This document shows positions 36,550 to 49,509 of a stretch of DNA of 60,000 nucleotides, piece after piece; position 1 is the first letter of the stretch; each line of letters begins with the position of its first letter. The notes beneath the pieces were generated by a model, which made no database searches, was not told where the DNA came from, and saw only the letters and a list, made by a program, of their open reading frames with translations. Origin of the DNA: Camelus dromedarius (Eukaryota); NCBI RefSeq assembly GCF_036321535.1, contig NC_087436.1:85748001-85808000 (forward strand), written 5' to 3'. A program made the position numbers and the translations under genes.

Positions 36550-36596
<47 letters not shown>
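36432..36596 (+). mobile_element. tRNA-derived SINE (Vic-1-like) with (AAAT)n tail
   Basis: GGGGAGGATATAGCTCAGTGGTAGAGCG...GATTCAATC, then AAACCTAATTACCTCCCCC and a long (AAAT)n tail. Confidence 0.9.
36545..36596 (+). repeat. (AAAT)n tetranucleotide microsatellite in a SINE tail
   Basis: About 12 AAAT units. Confidence 0.92.
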
Positions 36597-38107
36597 GCCA
36601 AGATGGAGGAATGAACATTAGAAAATGGAAGGGATAAATCCAGAGAAAAACATGGAAATTTGTGGGAGGCAGTGTGAATTTTAAAATCTTTTTTGTTTAT
36701 TTATATACTTTTGGTACTTAATATTTAGTACTTAAATATATATCATTTTAGTACTTAAAATATGACACTGAAAGATTATTTTATCATACTTATCAGCAGC
36801 CATTGCTCTGCCTGGAGCATTGTACAAATATGAATAAATAAATAACAGCTTGATAGGGCCTCTTATCTAAATCCATGTTACTTCCCAGAATCAGGAATAT
36901 TTCTAAACTTCAGAGTCACATTTGTGTTCCATAAATCCCCACAGCCCATGGTTCAGACATCTTTTAAGTCATGTTATCTTTCATTGCCTTATATTAGAAT
37001 TATTTGTAACCTTGTCATAGCCTTTCCACTAAATAACACAATCTTTGAGGAAGCCGTGCTGTAATTCAACTGTGGGTCTCACTGAAGGGCTTGCCCAAAA
37101 CAAAGCCACGATGCACGCAGTAGGTACTGTGTGTCTGCAAAATGGAGTTTCTGATAAATTATGCATCCTCTTACCATAATTTTTATTTTGCCAGGGCTTA
37201 TTGGGGCTCCAAGAAATCCAGCTTCTTTTGCTGAAATTATTATTGTTGTCATAAATTTGTATAATCCAAATCTGTCTTAATCTCATACTGAACGCCATGA
37301 CCTTTTTACCTTTTGACGTTTTCCTTAGGATCTGATAAAAAAGTCACATTGCAGGAGGAAGGAAGAAAGAAAAACTTGTTTTATGATTAAAAGCATTCAA
37401 TGACTGAGTAAATACCAGGAGAAAAAGCGTATTTAACACACAGAAAAAAGTACATATAAATCAGGTCTTCTGATTGGGGAGGGAGGGGATAGAATTGTTT
37501 AATCCACTTGCAGTTCTTAAAATTTGCAATAAAATGATCTCAGATTAGGGACGCATCCCACATTCCTGAATGATAGAAACTGTTTTTACTTTTGAAGGGA
37601 TAGCAATATGAACAAGGCTTTTGTAACACCAGTGCTGTAGCAGAAACCGTTCCCAGTGTCGGAAGTAGCTCTGGTCTTGGTTTGCCCGTAGCCCTCTGGT
37701 AGTTACCGTGATTGTGGAAATGGGGAGAGGCTGGGGTAAGGAAGGGGCTTGAGACACTTTGGGGAGTGAAAGGGGACAACAGCCAGAAACCAAACAATCT
37801 AGGATGAATGGTTATCTTGAGAATAAGATTATAGCAACCTCTCTGTGGCTACCTCTTTTCAATTAGGAATCAGATTTCTTCTATCCCCAGGGCCCTTTAA
37901 GACAGAAATGCCTTGGAGATGCGTCTGCAGGGATTGAATTCTGACCTCAGCTTAGGGGGAGGTGTGAACCCAGAGAGAGAATACAAGTAAAAATGAGAGA
38001 GAGAGAAAGAATACGAGTGCAAAATCACTTGCCCATTAATTGTGATTGACAATGAGTCAATTAATTTTAACTAACTTGTACCTTAAAAAAAATAAATCCT
38101 GGCCAAA

Positions 38108-38130
38108 ATCATCATCATCATCATCATCAT
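38108..38130 (+). repeat. (ATC)7 microsatellite
   Basis: ATCATCATCATCATCATCATCAT. Confidence 0.9.
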
Positions 38131-38670
38131 TATCACTATACATAACAATTATTATTATGTATTATTATTATTTATGTCATAATAACCAGAGCTGCCCACC
38201 TTTCTACTATAAAGTGCCTTTAAGACTTATTAATGGATCATAACTGTTTCAAAATGTAATAATAATAATGTTTATTAAGTAATTATGGTGTTTCATATGC
38301 TGATCTAAGTGTTTGCCTGTAGTAACACGTTTCTATTCCAAACAACCCTTAGAAATCGGTCTGTCATTAGCCTCATTTTACAGATAACGAGAGAAGAGCA
38401 TTGAAAGGTCAAGTGACTTCCTTAAGATCACCTGGGCAGTAAGTGGTGGAGATTGGCTGGAACCCAGGCAGCCAGCGAGCTGGTGCCAGTAAGCCAGGGT
38501 GGATGTTTGTTCCACTTTGGTAGAAGGGTTTTCAACTTCATACTTGACTGTTCAGAACCAAAGGTTGGGATTGTTTTTCCACCATCCCTGTGTCCTCCAC
38601 AGTGTCTTGCATTTGGTTAAAAGTTCAAAACTTGCTTGCTGCCAACTAACTCTTAAAACAGTAAATGGCA

Positions 38671-38805
38671 GAGGGAGATACAGCTCAGAGGTAGAGGGCA
38701 TGCTTAGCATGCTCGAGGTGCTGGGGTTCAATCCCCAGTACCTCCATTAAAAATAAATAAATACATAAATGTAATTACTGCCCCCCCCCAAGAAAAAATA
38801 AAATT
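38671..38805 (+). mobile_element. tRNA-derived SINE (Vic-1-like)
   Basis: CAGCTCAGAGGTAGAG...GGGTTCAATCCCCAGTACCTCC, linker, TAATTACTGCCCCCCCC and an A tail. Confidence 0.88.
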
Positions 38806-38809
38806 AACT

Positions 38810-39115
38810 GTGGCAAATGGGGCAACTTGAACCCTGACAGGCTGTTTGAAGACATTAAGCAATACTGTTATTTTTAAGGAGTGGTAATAGCATTGCGGTC
38901 ATATCAAAAACAGAGTCCATATAGTTTAGATATGGACAGTATTTATGATGAAATGTGTGATGCTTGAGATTCCCTTCAGAATCACCCAGTGGGGACTGGG
39001 GGAGGAGGTGGCGGCAGTGGGTGGGAATACAGATGAAGCCAGATTGGCCAAGTGGCTGACGATTGTTGAAGCTGGGTAGTGAGACTCCTGAGGTCCATTA
39101 TACTATTGTAGATAT
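38810..39115 (+). mobile_element. Old L1M (L1MC/ME-like) 3' fragment
   Basis: GATGAAATGTGTGATGCTTGAGATT...GATTGGCCAAGTGGCTGACGATTGTTGAAGCTGGGT...CATTATACTATT. Confidence 0.6.
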
Positions 39116-39459
39116 TTAACTTTTAACCATGAACAGTATGTTTTGTTTTTTTAATTTGTTTACAGTATTTAACCAAATGGGAAAAACCATGGGCATGACT
39201 GAGGGCAGTGAGCAGCAAGATCCATGGCCCCAAGGATCATCAGCAAGCTTGAACTTTGCCCAAGTTGCTCCATGCTCTGGGCCCAGTGTCTTTCTCCCTT
39301 CACATGAGAGGTTTGCCCTTTACCGTCTCCAAGTTTCCATTCAGCATCGAAATGCTAATGATTCTCTGATTTGGGGGCAAAAGTTGAAGGAAAAAAAAAA
39401 AATCACCAACTCTTTGTCCTGGTGGCCAAGAAGAGATGCTAAAACCCCTCATTTTATTT

Positions 39460-39655
39460 ATTTTTTTATATCTTTTTAAAATTGAAGTATAGTTGATTTG
39501 CAATGTTGTGTTCATTTCTGGTGTACAGCATAGAGATTCAATTCTACATGTAAATATATATGTATATATATATTCTTTTTCTGCATAGGTCATTATAAGA
39601 TATTGAATATAGTTCCCTGTGCTCCACAGAAGGACCTTGTTGTTTATCTACATAT
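39460..39655 (-). mobile_element. L1 3' UTR fragment
   Basis: ATTGAAGTATAGTTGATTTGCAATGTTGTG...GATATTGAATATAGTTCCCTGTGCT. Confidence 0.82.
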
Positions 39656-39709
39656 TCTTTAAACTTCCTCAAAGCATTGCATCGCTGGCTTTCATTCCTC
39701 TCACTCCCT

Positions 39710-39900
39710 GGCTATGTAACATTGGGCAAGTTATTTAACCTCTGCAGCTCAGTTTTCTCATCTGTAAATTGGAATAAAAATAATACCACAACCACCTCAT
39801 AGGGCTGTGGTGACACTTACATGCATTGATATATGTAAAGTGCTACAAGCTGTACCTGTCATACAGCAAGCACCCAATAAATGACAGATATTTTTTACTG
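39710..39900 (+). mobile_element. MIR SINE
   Basis: GGGCAAGTTATTTAACCTCT...CTCAGTTTTCTCATCTGTAAATTGGAATAA...CCTCATAGGGCTGTGGTGA. Confidence 0.82.
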
Positions 39901-41162
39901 TCTTAATTTTATAGCTATTAAAACCAATTGTGGTTCAGTGAGGAGCAGTGATTCAGCCAAAGACTATCCGTTTTAATAAACCATAGAGCAGACATTTAAA
40001 GGCAAGTTTTCTGACCATAAATCCAAGGCTGTTTCCCCTCAGATTGCCCTCTGAGGGCATGATTATGAAAAATAGCAATTAAGAAAAATTATACTAGACA
40101 CCAATCTAGGAGGATCAGGTACTATCCTCAGACTCTGGCAGTCATCAGAAACCAAGTTAATATTTGTTGTTAACAGAAAAACTTAGTCTGAGTCGTAGAC
40201 TCCGGCCTCTGGGCCTTGGAGCCAGCCGGCCTCTCTCCCAGACAGCCTGGAGCCCGGCACAGTGCAGTCACAGAACGCAGGGCGGCTGAAAGGTAAATTA
40301 CACGAGGCAGCGAGAGCCAGCCCAGCACAGTGGAGGGGATGGGGCGTTCTTTTGTTTGCAAACTGAAAAGCTTCTTAACCATGGACACTGGGCCCCTTGG
40401 AAAGAACTGGGCCTTCCAGTCAGGCTGACCTCAGGCAAGCAGTTTATTTTTCAAATAGTAGCAAATTATGAGTAATATTTCCAGCAACTCTGCCATCATC
40501 AGCCTCTCCTCTTCTCTAGAGTCTTAATTTATCATCTCAGGATTATTATTTTTTTTAACAGTCCTTTTAGAGATATTACATGCCGAAGAAATAAAGTTGA
40601 GCTCTGCTTATTCACATAGAAGTGTAAAGATACGCTGTTAAAGAAAAAGGGACATCCAGAATAATATGTGAAGAAGACTCAAATCATGTGAAATATTACG
40701 TGGACTCATACAAAGGTACTGATAATTTGACCATTTCTGACTAATGAAAATGGCAATTTTACCTGGTTCCACCTAACGTAGAACTACATTTCTGAAGTGA
40801 TACATACCAAACTGTAAACTGTTCATCTTAGGCAGGGACAGCAGGGTTGGGGAAGGGGTGGGGGGGGGGGACGGAAGAAGGAGAGTTCACTTCTTCCACT
40901 TTTTCTTTCTGTACTGTTTGAACTTTTATTCGAGTATGTTCATGTATTACTTTTACAATTTAAAAAATAAAAAAATAAGTGGCCCTCTGCCAAATTTAGC
41001 TGCATCAACTATTTCCCAGAAAAAACTTGGGAATTCATAAATACTTAATGTCAAATTAAACATTCCCATCCTCGAATACGTCTGCATTTTGCACATCCCA
41101 GGGCTACACGCTTCAGATGTCACCAACTTCCAGGTTCCTCCTTGACTGAGTTTTGCATTTTT

Positions 41163-41524
41163 TTTAATTTTATTTTTTATTAAAGTGTAGTTAATTTAGA
41201 AAGTTAGTTTCAGATGTCCAGTAAAGCAATTCAGTTGTACATATACTTACATATATATTCAGATTCTTTTCATTATATGTTATTACAAGATACTGAATAT
41301 ATTTCCCTGTGCTATCCAGTAGATCCTTGTTGTTTATCTATTTTATATACAGTAATGTGTATCTGTTAATCCCAAACTCCTAATTTATCCCTCCCACACC
41401 CCCTCTTCCCCTTGGTAACCATGGTTAATTTTCTATGTCCATGAGTCTGTTTTGGGTTTGTAAATAGAATTTGTATATTTCTTTTAGATTCCACATATAA
41501 ATGATATCATATGATATTTTGTTT
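41163..41524 (-). mobile_element. L1 3' end with TSD
   Basis: L1 3' UTR motifs ending TAGATTCCACATATAAATGATATCATATG. Flanks TGAGTTTTGCATTTTT (41147) and TGAGTTTTGTATTTTT (41525). Confidence 0.85.
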
Positions 41525-42624
41525 TGAGTTTTGTATTTTTATCATCAATATGACTTACCTATGTACTTACTTTCCTACTTTATTGATTTATGAGGGCAGT
41601 GGGGATAATTTTCTTTTTGTTTTTACATGGAGGCCACATTTCTAACCCCCGAAGACTGAGTTAGGGGCCCCACTATGCATTTCAGTTGATGTGACTTCTG
41701 ACACCCCGTCCATGTCAGAGCACTTCTCACTCTGTATTATAATCACCCATTTACCTGTCTGTCTCCCAGGTCCTGCCTCCCTGGCTTCTCCCACCACAGC
41801 AACTGGGAAACCACCACCATGTCTGCTCATTGAGACCTTAGCATTGACTCTCCATCAACATTCAGTAAATGAATGAAAGCTGGCGTGCATGGGGGTGGGG
41901 AGGGCAACTCTGTTCATAATTTGTTCATTTTTATCTTAAAAAAAAAATATGTGCCATGTTTAGAGCAATGGAAGAGCAGAGCTGTAAAGAATTACTCATG
42001 AAATGGTTCAAGGGCAAAGAGCTAAAAGCAAGTCAGAAACTTCTTCATGTTTGGTTCAAAGCCCACTAACATTTCAACATGTATTAAATGTTAATCAGCA
42101 GCTGTCTGGGTCAGTAGGTTAAGTAATAGCGACGGTGGAAGGTGAGAGGTGAAGAAATACATGGAAATTACATTCCAGATGGCTTAGCTCACCAGAACGC
42201 AACTTGTAGAAGAGCACGTGAGTGATTTAACCATGTTCTCTTTTTCCCTTTTCTCATCCAGCCGGCTTGGTAATGTGACAATGTTCCTTTCACTCGGGCA
42301 TCTACACAGCCTGGTAAAATCTAAAAGTCTCAGGAGGCATCCAAGGGTTGGGTCACCTTCTTTTCCTTAGAGGCAGGGGCAAAAAAGAAAATCACTATGT
42401 TGAATAAAACTGTCAGGAGCTGATGATACAGATTGTGGCTCATCCTTTCCTGCTCTGTGCATTTGACCATTTGTCTGCGCATCCTCACCAAGACCAAGGA
42501 GAGAAACAAAGAGATTTTGTGTGCACAGTTACCATTCCTTGATGACAATACAAAATGATAATAATAGCTAATGTATTTTGAGCATTTACTATGTGCCAAG
42601 TACCTTATTAAAGTCATTGGTTGA

Positions 42625-42837
42625 GGAGAGGGGAGTGGTTGTGCCCACCAGGGGACATTTGGCAATGCCTGGAGATATTTTAATTGTTTTGTCCAGGGGA
42701 GAAGAGAGCACAGGGAGGGTACTGGCATTTAGTGGATGGAGGCCAGGGATGTGGCTAAACATGGTACAGTGCACAGGACTACTCGCCCACCACAAAGAAT
42801 TATCCAGCCCCAAATGACAAGGTTGGTAAACCCTGCT
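42625..42837. mobile_element. MER20 hAT element nested in a MIR
   Basis: CCAGGGGACATTTGGCAATGCCTGGAGATATTTT...TACTGGCATTTAGTGGATGGAGGCCAGGGATGTGGCTAAACAT...ACAAAGAATTATCCAGCCCCAAATG. Confidence 0.85.
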
Positions 42838-44111
42838 TTAGATGAATTGTCTCAATTAACACTCAAAACCACCCTGGGATATTATTGTCTCCATTTTACA
42901 GATTTGGAAACTGAGGCATGGCAAGTTTAGAGGCTTGCTCTAAACCACACAGCTAGTAAGCAACAGAGCAGCTTTCCAGTCCAAGACTGTCTGACTCGGG
43001 AGGCCCTAACCTTGGTGGATTGGTAGGAAAGGAACAGATAGTCTTGTATCAGCTGTGGATTTTTCTGATTACATAACAGAGAATTGCTGTCATAGGGCCC
43101 TAGTGTTCATCACTGGTACCTCTAGGAACTTGGAGGCAGGTGACTCCTCTTTGCTCATAATGTGAACTCTGTGAGTATACTCACTGCTCTTTGCCATCTT
43201 TCCAACTAAAACGGTCTGAAATTGTATAATTTTTATGAAGATAATATTGACTCATAATTAGCAATAGCTCTAGTTAATGAAAATACTTATAAAGCAGCTT
43301 GTGAATAGTTCTCCAAAATAATAAGAGTATTAGCAAAATAATGAAATATTAAGTTCAGCCTTCCCTCATTCTGTGGGATTTTTCTTCAGCCTTGCATCTC
43401 AGTGGGCAGAATGTATCCCAAGTCATGTGAAATTCATGAAACAACTTTATAGTCCTTATCAGCTGTCATTTTCCGTATTTCACAAGAATTGAACTTTTAA
43501 GTATGTCTCAGTGCAGTGCAATAGTAACACACTCAGCAATAAGACATTTTACGTGGTTGTAATTGTATTTTATATGTCAGGGCTCCCTTCAAAATTCCCC
43601 AGTCTGTCATTGGTAGACTCTACCGAAAATCATCCATTTTCCATGAGGCTGAAACAGGTTCCGTAGTTAATGGACCAATGTAAAACATACCAGAAATATT
43701 AGCATGTGTGTTCTGTTTTTCCCCCTTCTCAGTGGGTTACTCTTCTTTTGCATTCCTGCTTCTTGTCATGATCAGATTTTTGGTTTATTGGCTTATTATC
43801 ACATTTGACTTGATAGTTTCCATCCCATACGTCTTATGACACTGTCAGCTATCTGTAGCAAAAGAGAACAGGGATCTTGAGGGTCATTCAGTCCCCCAAA
43901 CTGTGTCTGAAACATTACCATCCCTGCTTCAGTGCCCAGGCTTTATACAACTGCTCCAAAGTCACTGCAAACTGCTTAGACTCAGTGAAAGGAAAATGAG
44001 GAGGAAGAGGAAAAGACCATAGGAAATTCATAAAGAGGAGAAGGAAATCCTTAAATAACTGAACTGTGGTTGTTTTTTTAGCTATACTACTTTTTAATGA
44101 AGAGTACATTA

Positions 44112-44818
44112 GAATATGTAAATTGATGTAGCCGCTACGGGAAACAGCATGGAGATTCCTCAAAAAAACTAAAGATAGGACTACCGTGTGATCCAGCGAT
44201 CTCACTCCTGGGTATATATCCAGAAAAAAGTGAAAACACAAATTTCAAAAGATACATGCACCCTAGTGTTCTTTGGAGCACTGTTTATAGTAGCCAAGAT
44301 ATGGAAGTAACCTAAGTGTCCATCAACAGATGAGTGGATAAACAAGATGTAGTATGTGCATATTATACCATAAAAAAATAGAATATTAACCATAAAAAAG
44401 AAGGAAATTCTGCCATTTACAGCACTGTGGATGGATCTGGAGATTATTATGCTTAATGAAATAAGTCAGGCAGAGAAAGACAAATATTGTATGGTATCAC
44501 TTATATGTAGAATTTTTAAAAATTATACAAATGAATATATATGCAAAACAGAAACAGACTCACAGACATGGAAAACAAACTAGGGGTTACCAAAGAGGAG
44601 AGGGAAGAGGGGAGGGCCAAATTAGGGGTATGAGATTAAGAGATACAAACTACTATGTATAAAATAGATAAGTAATAAGGATGTATTGTATAGCATGGGG
44701 AATTATAACCATTATCTTATAATACTTTTTATGGAATATAATCTGTAAAAATATTGACTCACTATGCTGTGCCCCTGAAACTCATATAGTATTGTAAATC
44801 AACTATGCTTCAATACAA
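44112..44818 (+). mobile_element. L1 ORF2 C-terminus plus 3' UTR (~700 bp)
   Basis: GGAAACAGCATGGAGATTCCTCAAAAAAACTAAA...GATCCAGCGATCTCACTCCTGGGTATATATCC...TGTCCATCAACAGATGAGTGGATAAA. Degenerate TSD AAGAGTACATTA / AAGAGTGTATTA. Confidence 0.9.
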
Positions 44819-46369
44819 AAGAGTGTATTACTTTAACAAAATAATTCAATTTACTGGGTGGCCTCTTACTCAAACCTAAAATTAACATTAAACCACATCA
44901 TTAAACAAGATATAAATTCATATATTAAAATTAAGATATTTGACCTTTCAGATTTCAGGGAGAAAATGATAACAAATCTAAGTTAAAAACCTCAAAATAA
45001 CTTTGTCTCTCCCTCCCACCGCCACTCCACCCCTCCACCCCTCCGATCCATACTGCACACTACAGGGAGAGTTATTTTGCTAAAATAAAAATATGCTAAT
45101 TTCAAGGTCCATCTCAAAAACCTTCAGTGACTATCACTATTACCTAAAAATAATGCTCCAATGCATTTACATGGCATTCCAAACCTTCTCGATTTGGCTG
45201 TAATTTAGCTTTCTAGCCTTATTTCTTGCCAATTCTCCTTTTTATTTCTCTCATCACCCTAGAAGCTTTCATTCCAGGCATAGCAGGAACTTTCAGGGTT
45301 CATAAAACACGAGTGCTATTGTCAGGCCCTTTGCCTAAATGCTCCCCATCATTTCACCACCCAACACAGCCCATTCTACCAGGCCCATCCTAAATGGTAC
45401 CTTCCTCCTGTTTCCTTAGCATGTTGTTCATTTCTCAACACTAGACTCCTTTAAAACAGCCAATGGATATTTTTGTCACTTGCATAGATGCTTGTAACAT
45501 ACACTAGCTTCTGGGCTCAGATTTTATCTGTCTTATAGACTCATGCCCATAACTGGGGACAAAGAAATGTTTGATTTGAGTGATGTGAACCTAGGGAGTG
45601 TGCCTTTGGCACTAATTTGCCTTGGGAAGCTGAGAATCATAGCTACACTGGCCACTCTTTACGTGTGGAGTATTTTGAAGGTGTTTAGGCAGAAGCAGTG
45701 TGAAAAATATACCCTGAATAGGTCAATCCCTCCGATAACTGTGAGGACTGATTAATTCACAGTCAGGTGTATATCAGGTCAATAGCATTTCCCACATCCC
45801 TCAACCCCAACTATCTGTCCCACCTTTAAACTGTAGATGGTTCTGAAAAAGCAGAAAAGAAATTTTCCCACTTTTGTTTTCCCAGAAAGGCTACTTCCTT
45901 TCAGTAATTCCAGTCATGCAGTAATTATTATATTGGCACACAGATTTTGGATTCAGTGCCGTACAATTTTCATTATAATTTGCAAAAACCTGGCAATTTA
46001 GCAATGTCTTTACTCGTGGTGGAATGGCACATAACCAGTGATACAAACATTTGGCCTCAACAAAGCCCACTTGGGTATATTGTACTGAGAGATTTGTAAA
46101 CATAAAAATTTTAGCTCTTTGGATCCTTTCTGAACAAGCGGACACCACATTCCTTCAGGCTCCTACTCTTGCTTCTTCCTTAAAGACTCCCTAGGCCCTG
46201 AAAAAGGAATAGTAGAAATTGCTTTCCTGACTCAAAAATTAAGGAGGAATGAGCAACAGCTAAGATCACAGGGCCCGCCCTCTAGAAACAGCCTAGAGAC
46301 AAGACATGTCAATGACCTTGGGACAAGAGTCAGGAGGGCCACCATCCCAGGTACCAAGCAGAATCATAA

Positions 46370-46660
46370 ATGTATGAACAGGCTGGTGGGTGGGAAGTGT
46401 GGTTACCATTGGAATACAAGAGCTCATGGTTCTTTTAAAATGACATACTCTACCAGGCGACAGTTGTTGGGTAAGAATGAACAGTGCGTTGTTGCCCAAA
46501 ATTTCCAATTTTCCAAGAGAAGTTGAAAATTTAGATCTGGGGTGAGGGGGGAATCTCCCTATTGGGAAACTAATTGAAATTCATTTTCAAACATCATGTA
46601 GGTCCTAGAAAAATCAATCTGTAGTCTGGATGTGGCCCGAGGCCAATGGTTTACAATTCT
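46370..46660. mobile_element. MER103-like hAT fragment (related pieces at ~26040-26180 and ~48830-49115)
   Basis: Shared motif AGAGAAG..GAAAAT.TAGAT...AATCTCC...AAACA...GGGCCAAACAAAACA...GGATGTGGCCCGAGGCC. Confidence 0.5.
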
Positions 46661-46959
46661 CGTCAAATCTTGTCTTGAGACCATTTAGCCCTACTCCTTC
46701 ATTTTACAGACAGTTATGCTGCAGGTGAGATTGATTGTACACAGCTGGTTGGAAACAAAAAGATGACTAGAACTAAAGCTCTCTGACTGCCAATCCCCAT
46801 CTCACCCACCTTGGATCTGACACATTGGAATGTAAGGACTGAACCAGCCTGGAGGGCTCTTGCCTGCTTCACAACATGGGTTCCAGGCTTGCTTGAGTTT
46901 GATGGAAACGGGAGGAAAGATCCATTTCAAATCTCTCTAGTGTCTCTGAAACTGCCTGG

Positions 46960-47115
46960 ACCAGTGCTTCCTTAATATGGCAGATCACCAGATGCACCTG
47001 AGGAGCCTTGCAAATTACAGATTTCCAGGTCCCAACCTCGAACTAAGCAATCTGAGGCTCCAGGTACATGTATATTTGTAACAAGCCCCACCAGTGATTC
47101 TCAGTGATTCTAGAG
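46960..47115. mobile_element. MER5-like fragment
   Basis: CAGATGCACCTGAGGAGCCTTGCAAATTACAGATTTCCAGGTCCC...TAACAAGCCCCACCAGTGATTCT. Confidence 0.6.
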
Positions 47116-48272
47116 CTCTAGGCTGGGGAGCCAACACGGGCCAGACCAGGAATTCCAGATGAAGCCAATTTCCAGGCTCTGGTCCTTGACCATGGAGCTG
47201 AGCAGCTCTTCCGGGGAGAGACTACATGTTAAGTTTTTTCCACACTGAGAAAAGTGTTCTTTTCCAGTTTCCTAGATTCTTGTTTTTTTCAAATTTTTAG
47301 GCGAAAAAAAGAAGAAAGAAAAGCTAACTCTGTTGTGGTAACACTTTTGGTTTTCAATAGTACTGCTGGGTGTGGGATATTTTTATTCGGGAATGCAACT
47401 GAACAGCTGCAATGAACTACTTAATTAAATCATGGATGATAAATTCCTCATAAATTATACTTACACATTTTATAATTTTAATAGTCCTTTTTTACACTAT
47501 AATCTGTAAACATTTAAGGAGAAGCTATGAATTAGATTTCAAAATAGATGAGTAATTTTAGACTGTGACATCCATTTTCATAGCATTCCAGTTCATTTTA
47601 GGGGACAATTAGTAGCACTTGTAAAAAATGTACCTAATTGCTAGGCTAAATCAAACTCTGCAGTACTTGGATGTTTTTACCCTCATCAGTCCTATTTTTT
47701 CCCACAGTGACCAAAATAATAAGGGAATAGAGGTAAAAAAAAAATTCTAAAAGCAAAATTCTTATCATAAACCTAACTCTCATTTTGAAATCAGCCCAGA
47801 TTTGCTTAGGCCAATAACTCATTTCTAGGTCTCGTAAATCACTTGTTATTTTGACCCTGATTGCAGACAGGGCCACAATATTTCCTGATCGAGTCTTTTT
47901 ATATGAAGTTCAAATGATTTGCTTACATGGTGTGGGGGCTTCACTTGTCTTCAAGTGCCCAGATTAAAACTCAAATTTCATTGGTGGTGGTGGTGGTGAT
48001 GATGACGATGCTGCTGCTAAGTCATCATCCGTCAGTACAGTAAGCACTCTGACTTGTCTTGTCCAGGCACTGGCTGTTTGCCAGCTGTCAAGGCATATGG
48101 CCCAGTAACAGATTTAAAAAATGCCTATACGTGTTTCCTCCTTTCTTTGGGAACATGGTGCCCTTGAGTAATTTTTATAAGCTGAGTTAGCCTGGTCCTA
48201 AGAGGAAGAAATCAGTTTAGCTTCTTATACCATGCCCAGAATTTAAAAACATAGAAAATCTCAAGGTGGGAT

Positions 48273-48440
48273 GGGGGTGGGTATAGCTCAGTGGTACAGT
48301 ACACACCTAGTATGCACAAAGTCCTGGGTTCAATTCCCAATAACTCTCCTTAAAAAAATTGACAAATAAACCTAAAATTACCTCCCATTTAAAAAAATAA
48401 TTGAAAACAAAAAAGGAGAAATTTAAAAAAACATAAATAC
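48273..48440 (+). mobile_element. tRNA-derived SINE (Vic-1-like)
   Basis: GGGGGTGGGTATAGCTCAGTGGTA...GGGTTCAATTCCC, AAACCTAAAATTACCTCCC and an A-rich tail. Degenerate flanking repeat ATAGAAAATCTCAAG / ATGGAAAACCTCAAG. Confidence 0.87.
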
Positions 48441-48510
48441 AATGGAAAACCTCAAGAATAGCAATAGTTGTTCTATTCCACCCACTGCCTACTACACTAC
48501 TTGCAGATAG

Positions 48511-48659
48511 TTTTTTTTTTCTTTTTTTTTTTAGTTTTTTTGGTGGGGGTAATTAGATTTATTTGTTTATTTATTTATTTAATGGAGGTACTGGGGATTG
48601 AGCCCAGGACCTCATGCATGCGAAACACTAGCTCTACCACTGAGCTATACCTTCCTCCC
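48511..48659 (-). mobile_element. tRNA-derived SINE (Vic-1-like), reverse orientation
   Basis: Poly-T, GGGGGTAATTAG, TTTATTTA linker, GGAGGTACTGGGGATTGAGCCCAGG...CTACCACTGAGCTATACC, i.e. the reverse complement of the same SINE. Confidence 0.9.
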
Positions 48660-49509
48660 AGCAGAGAGCTTTGAACAAATCTCTGAAGCACCAATCAGGT
48701 CTAACACTATCTTAATCTTGCACAGATATTTCCTGAGTTGATTCTTCATTCCTGATTAGTTTTCTGGTTATTATAGTGAAATTCTGTATTTACCGAGTTT
48801 AAAAATCCCACACTTATTTTCAGGATAATTGCAACGGGGCAGGACCCTTGGGTCAACACAAAGTGTTAGAAAAAGCAAATGGAGAGGACGTGGGCCTCCA
48901 AAAGGGTCAGGTACCACCCAGCCTCAGCCTGCTGCATCATGGGACAGTGGTCCCCGTGTGGCTAGATCTAGCTTTTTAAGAGAAGTTGGCATTGCAATTT
49001 TTATATGAGGTCTCAATGTTTAAACTGATTTAAAACAATTTAAAATACTATGCAGGTTAAACAAGACACTTCTGTGGGACACTTCTAGCTGATACACTGC
49101 CAGCGTGCAAACTCTATGTTGTAAGAACCATTGCTCTGCGGGTTTATAGTCTTAACACTAAATCAGTTTAGAGCTTTCATCCTGAATAGCTTTTATGTAA
49201 CAGAGGTATATAAATAATGCCTACTATGTGCCAAGCACTGTTCTAGATATTGGAGATGCAGCAGTGAACTAAACAAAGTGATGCTTACATTCTAGCAGGT
49301 ATTCATATCTATAAAATTCACAAAGGATGAGACAAGAAAACATGAGGAACTGGGGGATGAAAACAATCTCAATGAAATTTAGAACTAGATGATTTTAACA
49401 GACATTTCAATATGTCATATGGAGTTTAATAAAATTAAAACTTCAGAAGCAGGCTACTTCTTGGAAAATGCAGCCACGTTTCCAACCTCCTATCAGAATA
49501 AAGTTGTTT

